14,174 nt of DNA. It comes from a bacterium. GTDB taxonomy: Bacteria > Babelota > Babeliae > Babelales > RVW-14. Position 1 is the stretch's first letter. Each line of letters begins with the position of its first letter. The notes beneath the pieces are model-generated. The model saw only the letters and a program-made list of their open reading frames with translations, was not told the origin of the DNA and searched no databases. Position numbers and translations under genes: made by a program. Location of the stretch: assembly GCA_043822925.1 (NCBI GenBank), contig JBDRBF010000033.1, forward strand, positions 1 to 14,174. The letters run 5' to 3'. Shown one piece after another: positions 1-7,378 of this stretch.

Positions 1-1
1 A

Positions 2-313
2 AAAACTAAGCAACTGACGACAAATTTAAACACCTATAAAAAAAAGCTTACCCTACTTGCGCAAAAACTGGCAGAAATTAAAACAACGCTTGCAGCCCAA
101 GAAAAAAACCATCCTGAACCTGAAAGAATTGTACCTCTAGAAGAAAAAGAAGAAGAAGAAGAAGAAGAAGAAGCCATCGAAGAAATTACAGAACCTTTGA
201 ATAAAAATGAAATCCCCAAAGAAGATCTAGATGCCGCTGCGCAAAAGATGACCGATCAAGAGCAAGAAGAAGCAGATCAGTTAATAGCTGCTGATGAAAG
301 GCTTAAAAAATGA
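2..313 (+). CDS. 3' part of a hypothetical acidic/coiled-coil protein (truncated by window edge, absent from ORF track)
   Basis: Frame 2 is open from base 2 to TGA 311-313: KTKQLTTNLNTYKKKLTLLAQKLAEIK...EEKEEEEEEEEAIEE...ADERLKK*. The stop overlaps the next ATG (ATGA 310-313). Confidence 0.85.
   Translation, partial: KTKQLTTNLNTYKKKLTLLAQKLAEIKTTLAAQEKNHPEPERIVPLEEKEEEEEEEEAIEEITEPLNKNEIPKEDLDAAAQKMTDQEQEEADQLIAADERLKK
149..172 (+). repeat. (GAA)8 trinucleotide tract encoding poly-Glu
   Basis: Eight perfect GAA units in frame within the partial CDS. Confidence 0.9.
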
Positions 314-1392
314 AAACGAATCTACTATTACTCTTCCTACTACTTACCCTGGGCGCCGGATTCAGTTTTGACGCACAAGCTATGAGAAGAGACAAAGAAA
401 AAAGGCATCGCTATGCTCATGGACGAATATGGAATAACAACGATCTTCGAGCCCAATATAATCGAATTTTTGCAAAACATTTGCACCGTATGCACCCAGA
501 AGAAAGATGGATCGGAGGTAGATGGCAGCGCCGTGGCCAGTGGTGGCTCAGTAAAATGGCAGGATGGAACAATTTCTCCAACGAAGATAAAGAAAAATGG
601 CTTAGCTTATGGAACAGCGCTCGAAGAAGAAGCCATCACCAACACGAAATACATGGCCAGAAAGAAAATATAAAAGTACTAGATGACTTGTGCACCAAAA
701 TCCAAGAAATAACAGACAAAAAGAACAAAGACCGAAGAGGCTTTAAAGGCCACCACAGACACGAATTTGGACATCACGCCTTCGGTGGACCTGGCCATGA
801 CAAACGTAAGCCAGACTTTGATCCAGAAAAAAGATGGAACGACTTACCTCTAAATCAAAAAGAACAACTAGCAAAGTTATGGACCGAAATTCAACAAAAA
901 TGGAACGAATTACCTGAAGATGATCAAAAAGAAATACTTGAAGAAGCAAAACATCAACATGGACGCAGACATCATGAACCCGATAGAAGAGAACAAGTTT
1001 TGCCACAGCAACAAATTCAGCCACAGCCACTAGGTGCCCTAATAATTTTGACTGATGAAGAAAAGGCTTTGTTAATTAAAATCGGACAAAGCGGGGAACG
1101 ACATGGCCGAATGGGAGGTGGCCGCCACCAACGAGGACCACAGAAAGAACAATGGTGGGGAGAGTTTGATGGATTACGAACAAAATTCAAAAAAACAGGA
1201 TGGAATAATTTAAAAATCGATGAACAAAAAAAACTACTCGAATTAGGTAAAATATGGCATACACAGCGACAAGAGAGATTCAAAAAGCATGGTCCTAGAA
1301 GACAAGGCCGCCCAGAAGGAGGTCAATACAGAGAACACAGAGGGGGTCGCGGGAAAGGTGGCCGCGGTAGAGGTGACCGATGGAGGAACTAA
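310..1392 (+). CDS. Secreted hypothetical protein, basic and His/Trp-rich, with WNxL/F helical repeats and an RGG tail
   Basis: 360-aa ORF. Signal peptide MKTNLLLLFLLLTLGAGFSFDAQA. Four repeats (WNNFSNEDKEKW, WNDLPLNQKEQL, WNELPEDDQKEI, WNNLKIDEQKKL). C-terminus RGGRGKGGRGRG. ATGA-coupled to the upstream gene. Confidence 0.85.
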   Translation: MKTNLLLLFLLLTLGAGFSFDAQAMRRDKEKRHRYAHGRIWNNNDLRAQYNRIFAKHLHRMHPEERWIGGRWQRRGQWWLSKMAGWNNFSNEDKEKWLSLWNSARRRSHHQHEIHGQKENIKVLDDLCTKIQEITDKKNKDRRGFKGHHRHEFGHHAFGGPGHDKRKPDFDPEKRWNDLPLNQKEQLAKLWTEIQQKWNELPEDDQKEILEEAKHQHGRRHHEPDRREQVLPQQQIQPQPLGALIILTDEEKALLIKIGQSGERHGRMGGGRHQRGPQKEQWWGEFDGLRTKFKKTGWNNLKIDEQKKLLELGKIWHTQRQERFKKHGPRRQGRPEGGQYREHRGGRGKGGRGRGDRWRN

Positions 1393-1442
1393 TATCAACT
1401 TAAAACAAAAAAACGTCAGACCACAAAATCTTTCGTAAAAAA

Positions 1443-2009
1443 CTAACGAGAACTCCCCTTAAAAGACACCTTAGAAGCCACCTTAGAAGAGCCATTCAGA
1501 GACCCTTTAGGAACCTTCTTAAAAATCCCAGTCTCAAATACAGTAATTTCTTTTCTTAATTTTTTACGCCTTTCTTCTTCTAATTTTTTCTCTTTTTGCT
1601 CGTGAGTATTTAGATCTAACAAATTAACAGACTCATAGAACTTATTAATATCTTCATAATTAATTTCTTCAATCGCTTTTCTAATTTTTTCTTTAATCTT
1701 TTCTTTAATTTGTTGAGTAAATTTTATAGGATTTTTTTTATAAAGCTTTAATATCGCTTCTCCGTCTTTTTTATCAAGGCCATCAAACGCTTTTGATTTA
1801 ATTTTCTCAATATCTTCCTGAGTCTTTTTTTTAGCTATTTCTTCAATCTCTTCTTCTGTAAATACAACAAAATCATCTTCAAACGATTCATCAAAATGCT
1901 CACTGACATGAGATTTTGACGTCATGCCATACAACCAAACACCCGGCAAAACGGCTACTAAAATTCCCGCAAAAATTATTTGTTTTATTTTTTTAAAAAC
2001 ACTATTCAT
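1443..2009 (-). CDS. Secreted or membrane-anchored hypothetical protein, Lys/Glu-rich and helical
   Basis: 188-aa ORF, GAGG RBS upstream, basic N-terminus plus hydrophobic segment ending LYGM. Confidence 0.8.
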   Translation of the reverse strand: MNSVFKKIKQIIFAGILVAVLPGVWLYGMTSKSHVSEHFDESFEDDFVVFTEEEIEEIAKKKTQEDIEKIKSKAFDGLDKKDGEAILKLYKKNPIKFTQQIKEKIKEKIRKAIEEINYEDINKFYESVNLLDLNTHEQKEKKLEEERRKKLRKEITVFETGIFKKVPKGSLNGSSKVASKVSFKGSSR

Positions 2010-2088
2010 AAAAAACCTCGCACATAAAAAATATTTAAAAATCTAACCAACACCCCCGCGCCAACTGCGCGTCCATACATTTTTTATT

Positions 2089-2775
2089 TTAAGTTTTTTT
2101 ATATTTAGAGTTTACAGCCCCGAGCAATTTTACCAATTTATTCACCGATTTCTTTCTTTTCAGCAATGCAATTATACTATACACATTATTTGTAACATGC
2201 TTATCAATCCAATCAATCGCATCTTTAAGAATAAAAACTATATCATTAAATCGCTTTTTCTTTGCAGCGTCTATGGCCGATCCAGCCTTTACAACCGCAA
2301 TCTTACAAGCCGCCTCAAGTTGCTCTTTTGAATAAATAATGATTCCAACAAGACATTGAACTACTTCTTTAGAGCCATTATTTGCAGCTACATTGAGCGA
2401 CCAATTAGCAAAGTAGCCACCCTTGCGATATTCGAACGCATCTTTTATGCCAACGTCTTGAAGAAGAACTCTAAAAAGCTCCAAACGATTGTAACGTGCA
2501 GCTCTATAAACTGCATTGGCAGCACACTCGCCTTTTTTGTAAGCAATAAAATCTTTTCTAACAACAGGATCTTTTAAAAACTCTCTGACCGCATCAAGTC
2601 TATTATTTTCTATGGCCATTTCTAAACTGACTAAAGAGTTTTCTTTCTGCATGCCATACAAATTTACAAAAAAACCAAACAATATGGTCCCAAAAAACAC
2701 AAAAAAACCAATTGTTCTCAGTTTTCTTAAACTGGGGTCTTTTACCATAATCGCCATGCCATAAATCTCTTGCAT
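2089..2775 (-). CDS. Ankyrin-like repeat protein with N-terminal signal/TM segment (start may be ATG 2757 or 2748)
   Basis: Motifs AIENNRLDAVREFL, AARYNRLELFRVLL and AANNGSKEVVQCLV spaced 38 aa apart; hydrophobic N-segment ending LYGM; paralog of 8236..8814. Confidence 0.8.
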   Translation of the reverse strand: MQEIYGMAIMVKDPSLRKLRTIGFFVFFGTILFGFFVNLYGMQKENSLVSLEMAIENNRLDAVREFLKDPVVRKDFIAYKKGECAANAVYRAARYNRLELFRVLLQDVGIKDAFEYRKGGYFANWSLNVAANNGSKEVVQCLVGIIIYSKEQLEAACKIAVVKAGSAIDAAKKKRFNDIVFILKDAIDWIDKHVTNNVYSIIALLKRKKSVNKLVKLLGAVNSKYKKT

Positions 2776-2806
2776 AAAAATGTTAATAAAAATAACCCAA
2801 GAGCCG

Positions 2807-2815
2807 ATTATAGCA
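2807..2815 (-). promoter_or_regulatory. Extended -10 promoter element (TGcTATAAT) for the ankyrin-like gene
   Basis: Consensus TGnTATAAT about 30 nt upstream of ATG 2775; no well-spaced -35. Confidence 0.5.
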
Positions 2816-2850
2816 AAAAACTAGCGCTTGCAAAGACAATTAAGAGAGAA

Positions 2851-4200
2851 CTATACCAACGCAAGTATCGCCTGCCTCATCTCTAAGTTTTTGTCGCTCA
2901 TAATTTTAGCCACAGCATATAACGGATACGAGTGAATATTATTATGCACCGAATAATTTTGCGCCGAAAAACGTATGCCATACGGAGATTTTGGATGAGA
3001 TTCAAGAAATACATGCATACTCTTAAGCGTACTTCCCAATCCAGCTTTTACTTCAACCGGAACAACAACTGAATTAAGTTGAAGCAAATAATCAATCTCA
3101 GCCTGCCCAATAGATGCATCTTTGTGCCAATAATAAATATAGTTTTTTATATTCATATCAGAATAAGCCAGTATTTCTTGCCCGATAAAAGCTTCAACCA
3201 AAGCACCTTTATTAACAAATTCTTGTTGTGGATTTAAAAACCACTCAGCAATATCAAGATTAAGAACAGATTGAGCTAGTCCAGTATCTAAAAAGATTAC
3301 TTTATAATCTTGTGGGTCCATCTGGGCCCCAAGTGGAACCCCCTGGCCCGCAGAATGATAAACTTTGTGGGCAATACCAGCTGTAACTAACAAATCAAGC
3401 GCTGGTGCAAGTTCGCGTTTGCGATAATCACCTTCAACCAAACTATATTTAAATTTTCTTCCAAGTTGCAAGGGTATATGGCCAAATAATAATGCAACAT
3501 ACTTTACCTGCAACGTACGCGCATATTTATCAAAATCTTGCCGATACGTATTTAATAAAGAACTATGAACCCGAGCACAACCAAGTGGATTTTTTTTCTC
3601 AACCCACCGTTGTACAGATTGTGGCATACCGCCAAGCGCCAGATATTCGCCGAGCAGTCCCAATAATAGATTATGAATCGCAGAACTCATTTCTTCTTCT
3701 GGTTTGTGGTTAATAATCTCGTCGATAGCAAGATAATTCCCAGTAGCTACCAAGTATTCGATAAACGATAACGGATGCATGTACAAAGATTGCACACGCC
3801 CAACCGGTATACCAACCTGCTGAATGGCAAAGTCCAGAAGTGAGCCAGCCGCAATAACATGTAACTCTGGAAGCATCTCATAAAAATATCGCAGGGCAAT
3901 AATTGCCTGTGGAACAATTTGAATTTCATCCAAAAATAAAAGGGTTTTGCCGGGAATTATTGGCTTTTTTACGATAAGCGAAAGATCGCTACAGATTCTT
4001 TCTGGATCAAGATCTTTTTCAAAAACCGCGCGAGCTTTTGGGAGCAATTCAAGATTAATTTCTACAAAGTTCTGATACATCGCACCAAGTCTTCTGATCG
4101 AATATGTTTTGCCAACTTGCCGTGCCCCACGCACCAGAAGGGGTTTCCGGTATTCATCGAGCTTCCATTCTGATAAGAAATGGTCAATAATACGCTTCAT
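2851..4200 (-). CDS. AAA_14 family ATPase with C-terminal DUF4143 (PD-(D/E)XK-like) domain, intact copy
   Basis: 449 aa. Walker A GARQVGKT, Walker B LLFLDEIQ, AAGSLL, YLALGGMP, GALVEAFIGQE, and C-terminal AEIDYLL...PVEVKAG. Confidence 0.93.
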   Translation of the reverse strand: MKRIIDHFLSEWKLDEYRKPLLVRGARQVGKTYSIRRLGAMYQNFVEINLELLPKARAVFEKDLDPERICSDLSLIVKKPIIPGKTLLFLDEIQIVPQAIIALRYFYEMLPELHVIAAGSLLDFAIQQVGIPVGRVQSLYMHPLSFIEYLVATGNYLAIDEIINHKPEEEMSSAIHNLLLGLLGEYLALGGMPQSVQRWVEKKNPLGCARVHSSLLNTYRQDFDKYARTLQVKYVALLFGHIPLQLGRKFKYSLVEGDYRKRELAPALDLLVTAGIAHKVYHSAGQGVPLGAQMDPQDYKVIFLDTGLAQSVLNLDIAEWFLNPQQEFVNKGALVEAFIGQEILAYSDMNIKNYIYYWHKDASIGQAEIDYLLQLNSVVVPVEVKAGLGSTLKSMHVFLESHPKSPYGIRFSAQNYSVHNNIHSYPLYAVAKIMSDKNLEMRQAILALV

Positions 4201-4209
4201 TTATTACCC

Positions 4210-4308
4210 TTTTTGGTTAAAAAAAGCACATGATTTCAATTGTTTTTGGTTAAAAACGGTACATAATCTTAACCATTTTTGGTCGAAAACGCAAAACCAG
4301 TTTAAGGC
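4210..4308. repeat. Three degenerate 33-bp tandem repeats filling the intergenic space upstream of the ATPase
   Basis: Units start at 4210, 4243 and 4276, each beginning TTTTTGGTyrAAAA. Manual ungapped identity is 24/33 (units 1-2) and 21/33 (units 2-3). Confidence 0.85.
4266..4294 (-). promoter_or_regulatory. Putative sigma70 promoter embedded in the 33-bp repeats
   Basis: TTGCGT-17 nt-TAAGAT on the minus strand, about 65 nt upstream of ATG 4200. Confidence 0.4.
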
Positions 4309-4313
4309 GCTCC

Positions 4314-5216
4314 CTATGGCATCCCCACCGGCTCAAGCCCAATACTTTTTGCATACGCAACCTGCTGCGCAATTTCATCAAATAGGTTAAGCTTTTTCAC
4401 ACTCAAACTGTTTTCACTCAATATTTTTTTATTTTTTGAATCAACAACTGACTCAAAATCCATCTGGGCAAGCTTAAGCCCTATATTTGCAGCCTGCTTA
4501 ACCTGTTGAACAACTACCTCATCTAAATCAGTATCATATATATATTTTCGCACAAAGGGGCCTAAATAATTCAATCCTTTCTGATCACCCCTCTCTTTGC
4601 TCACTTGTCCATTATCTGCATGTACAACTTGGGCCTGAATAGCTTGACTCTCCTGAGCCGCACCTTGGTTAACCCCCTGACATGACCGTTGTTGCTCTTC
4701 TTGGACAACCTGAATACATGTATCTTGACTTGATTGATGATCCAACTTCCCACCCAATATTCCAGGATCTTTATCCTGTGGCAACTTGACGCCCGCAAGC
4801 TCTTGCAGCCCAGGGGCAGCACACGGCGGCGACACTTTATTTTTTCTTTTTTTAGGCAAAAAATTCAACAAAAACAAAACTATAACAACAGCAATTACTA
4901 AAACAATTAATGCTGTAAGCACCCCTGCCCAACCTTCCCGCACAAAAACATTTACTGTTTCTTTTTTTTCAGCCTCTTTTTTTTCAGGATACTCTTGGCT
5001 ATCATTAACCATTGCGACGATTTCATCGGTCGAATACCCATGCAAAAGAAGATCATAAATCTTTTTTACAAAAGTCTTCAAATCACCTTTAATCCCATTT
5101 TCAGCACCAAAAAAAGGCTCAACTTTAGTACTTTGCGCAAATAAAACAGCACCATTACTCAAAACAACAAAACACATAATTAAAAGAAAAAAATATCGTC
5201 GATTCATAAGCATCAT
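4314..5216 (-). CDS. Hypothetical membrane protein (signal peptide, one TM helix, Gln-rich linker)
   Basis: ATG 5216 overlaps the upstream TGA (ATGA), giving about 300 aa. N-terminal RRYFFLLIMCFVVLSNGAVLFA; TM GWAGVLTALIVLVIAVVIVLFLLNFL followed by PKKRKNKV. Confidence 0.82.
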   Translation of the reverse strand: MMLMNRRYFFLLIMCFVVLSNGAVLFAQSTKVEPFFGAENGIKGDLKTFVKKIYDLLLHGYSTDEIVAMVNDSQEYPEKKEAEKKETVNVFVREGWAGVLTALIVLVIAVVIVLFLLNFLPKKRKNKVSPPCAAPGLQELAGVKLPQDKDPGILGGKLDHQSSQDTCIQVVQEEQQRSCQGVNQGAAQESQAIQAQVVHADNGQVSKERGDQKGLNYLGPFVRKYIYDTDLDEVVVQQVKQAANIGLKLAQMDFESVVDSKNKKILSENSLSVKKLNLFDEIAQQVAYAKSIGLEPVGMP

Positions 5217-6772
5217 TTTAAAGCTCCGACCCATTCATCACGTTCTTTTTTCCATTGCAATATTTGTTCTAAACTATGTTTTGCCTGATCAATCGCTGCG
5301 AGCGCTATATCATCAGTAAGCTGTTTATTTTCTTGTCGTCGAGCACAAGCAACCATCTCCTGAGCAATAAACTTAATAGCCCGTGGCGCCAGCCCCTTCA
5401 AACTCTCGGCGTATCTTGCCAATTTTTCTACAACCTCCGGACAAATACCCACAAGCGCTTCTTTATTTTCTTGTGCAAAGTTCTCAAGATATCTAACAAG
5501 AATTCTTTCTCGTTCAGGAGCATCCGGCAGCGTAAATTCTATACTTACCCCAACACGATCAATAATTGCATCATCAAGTTTGAATGGATGATTTGTGGCA
5601 AAAATAAACATCAAATTTTTCTGCGCTTTATCCGGAATAAGCGCCAAAAAAGTATTAATAAAATCTTGAACAGATTTTGACGTTGTTGGAAGCTTTCTGT
5701 TTGCAAACAAAGATTCAGCCTCATCAATAAAAACAAGTAACCCTTTATCTGTTTTTTTTGCCCAATTCAAAAGTTTACGTAATTCATTGTTGGCTATTTT
5801 TAAATCTGTGATCTTTGCGAATTCTGAACCAGACGTTAATGCATAATCAAGCCCTGAAGCATACGCTAAAGCTTTGGCAAAAGCAGTCTTGCCCGTTCCA
5901 GAATCCCCATAAAAAAGAAGATTAGGTAACGCTTCATCATAAATTCTTGCCGTTTGCACACGAGATAAAACATCAGAAAGCTGCTTAAATAAAGAAGGCC
6001 CAAAGATTAAATCTTTAATATCGATATTTTGTTGAGCCTTAAAATAGCCAAAAAAACCTGTTCTAGACGTTTCACTTACAACGTATGGCTGCATAAAATA
6101 ATTTGTAAGCACAGGCATACCATATTTAATACTATAAATACACAAAGCAACTGCTATCGTTGCCAATACTATTTTTATTATGGGCCTTGAATCTCCAATA
6201 ATCTCCCGAATGTTTTTCCATTTTACTTTTTCAGCCTCAATAGGTGCTTGAGCCCGGATTCGTTCTGCTTGCTCATAAATTCCACGCCGTTGCTTTTCGC
6301 CTATTTTTGCCTGCCCTATTTGGATCTTATCTTCCAGTCCAAGTTTTCGTTCTCTTTTTGCTGTATCTGCTATTCGTTCTTCAGCTTTTGCAACTTCTTC
6401 TGCAAGAGTTCCACTTAACCGTTTATACTCTTGCTCTAAATTCGCTGTAGCTGCCTGAGTTCGCTCTATCCCTGCCACCGCTTCTTTTGCCGCAACGGAT
6501 GCCCGGCCCACAACGGCCAAAACCTCAGTAGCATTTTCAAAAGCCTTAAGGGCCGTACCATTAGAGCTATGCACAAGGCCCAATGCCTCATTTGCTCTGC
6601 AAACAGCATTATCTGCCTTTACAAAAGCATATTCTGAATGATCTTTGAGATGTTTTAATGCCTCATCAACTATCTGTTTAATTTCACTATTTGATGGCTT
6701 TATTGCCAGGAGCCCTGAAGCACTCAAAATACTCACAAAAAAAACCAAATTAAACGTTATTTTTTTATACAT
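5213..6772 (-). CDS. ATAD3-like AAA+ ATPase (signal peptide, coiled coil, TM, AAA domain)
   Basis: 519 aa, AAGGGGG RBS. Walker A LFYGDSGTGKT, Walker B GLLVFIDEAE, ATNHP, AIIDR. ATAD3-type motifs PYVVSETSR, SGLDYALTSG, KLLNWA and FTLPDAPERERIL. Confidence 0.88.
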   Translation of the reverse strand: MYKKITFNLVFFVSILSASGLLAIKPSNSEIKQIVDEALKHLKDHSEYAFVKADNAVCRANEALGLVHSSNGTALKAFENATEVLAVVGRASVAAKEAVAGIERTQAATANLEQEYKRLSGTLAEEVAKAEERIADTAKRERKLGLEDKIQIGQAKIGEKQRRGIYEQAERIRAQAPIEAEKVKWKNIREIIGDSRPIIKIVLATIAVALCIYSIKYGMPVLTNYFMQPYVVSETSRTGFFGYFKAQQNIDIKDLIFGPSLFKQLSDVLSRVQTARIYDEALPNLLFYGDSGTGKTAFAKALAYASGLDYALTSGSEFAKITDLKIANNELRKLLNWAKKTDKGLLVFIDEAESLFANRKLPTTSKSVQDFINTFLALIPDKAQKNLMFIFATNHPFKLDDAIIDRVGVSIEFTLPDAPERERILVRYLENFAQENKEALVGICPEVVEKLARYAESLKGLAPRAIKFIAQEMVACARRQENKQLTDDIALAAIDQAKHSLEQILQWKKERDEWVGALK

Positions 6773-6912
6773 CGATCCCCCCTTAAAACATCTCCCCTAT
6801 TTATTTAAACCCTCTTTTAGATTAAACAATCTGACCATAACAAAGTAAGCAAATTATAATTTATAATAATCACAGAAGATCCAGAGCTTCTCTTAAAAAT
6901 TAAACGCGTTTC

Positions 6913-6942
6913 TTGCTTTAAAAAAAATAACTTTGCTACGTT
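6913..6942 (+). promoter_or_regulatory. Putative sigma70 promoter for the YjzC-like gene
   Basis: TTGCTT-18 nt-TACGTT with extended TG; GGGGAG RBS at about 6988-6993. Confidence 0.4.
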
Positions 6943-6997
6943 AATTTAAACAAAAAAATATTACTGTTACGTTGTATAACTTTTACCAGGGGAGAAA

Positions 6998-7204
6998 GTG
7001 ATGCTTAAAAGAGGTGATACTTTTAATATTGGAGAAATATGCCCTGAATCCGGAGTTTATCGTTTAAAAGATCGAAACTGCAAAAATAATAGTGGTTGTA
7101 AGTCTGAAGAACAAAGAGAGATCCCCTTAGTTAAAGGCAAAACATTTCCTCCGTGCAAAAACTGCAAGGGGAAAGTAATTTGGGAATTTGTTAGAATGGC
7201 CTAA
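6998..7204 (+). CDS. YjzC-like / Zn-ribbon small protein (start GTG 6998 or ATG 7001)
   Basis: Pattern GEICPESGVY...C...C...L.KGKTFPPCKNC....W with a strong RBS. Confidence 0.8.
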   Translation: MMLKRGDTFNIGEICPESGVYRLKDRNCKNNSGCKSEEQREIPLVKGKTFPPCKNCKGKVIWEFVRMA

Positions 7205-7227
7205 GTTCATTAACGTTTCTTCTATAG

Positions 7228-7253
7228 AAGAGCTCGCTTTAAAGCGAGCTCTT
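7228..7253. other. Perfect 26-bp palindrome (possible terminator, RNA hairpin or operator)
   Basis: AAGAGCTCGCTTTAAAGCGAGCTCTT is its own reverse complement; 23 nt after the YjzC-like stop; no long U-tract. Confidence 0.75.
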
Positions 7254-7378
7254 ACCAATCATAATCCTTGGGATTATCAAAACATAATAAAGCAATCAAG
7301 ACAATATTTTAAAAAAAGACAAACTCTACCGCAACGCCGTATTTTATGCTACTTTAATATAAAGAAAAGCAGAGCTAT

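Noticed and set aside
34-219. Minus-strand poly-Ser ORF
   Set aside because: Antisense shadow of the (GAA)n poly-Glu coding frame.
1467-1489. 12-bp period duplication CACCTTAGAAG (SKVASKV) and IKEKIKEK repeat in the 188-aa gene
   Set aside because: Short in-frame slippage duplications in low-complexity coding sequence.
4210-4308. CRISPR mini-array interpretation of the 33-bp repeats
   Set aside because: Units are directly tandem and similar along their length, with no unique spacers of CRISPR size, no palindromic repeat and no cas genes in the window.
4109-4390. Plus-strand 93-aa ORF with FWLK/FWSK 11-aa repeats, and a minus-strand open frame (…CVFDQK…CTVFNQK…CAFFNQKG*) over the same DNA
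   Set aside because: The peptide periodicity just mirrors the 33-bp DNA repeat. The plus ORF overlaps two real genes antisense; the minus frame lacks a convincing start and RBS.
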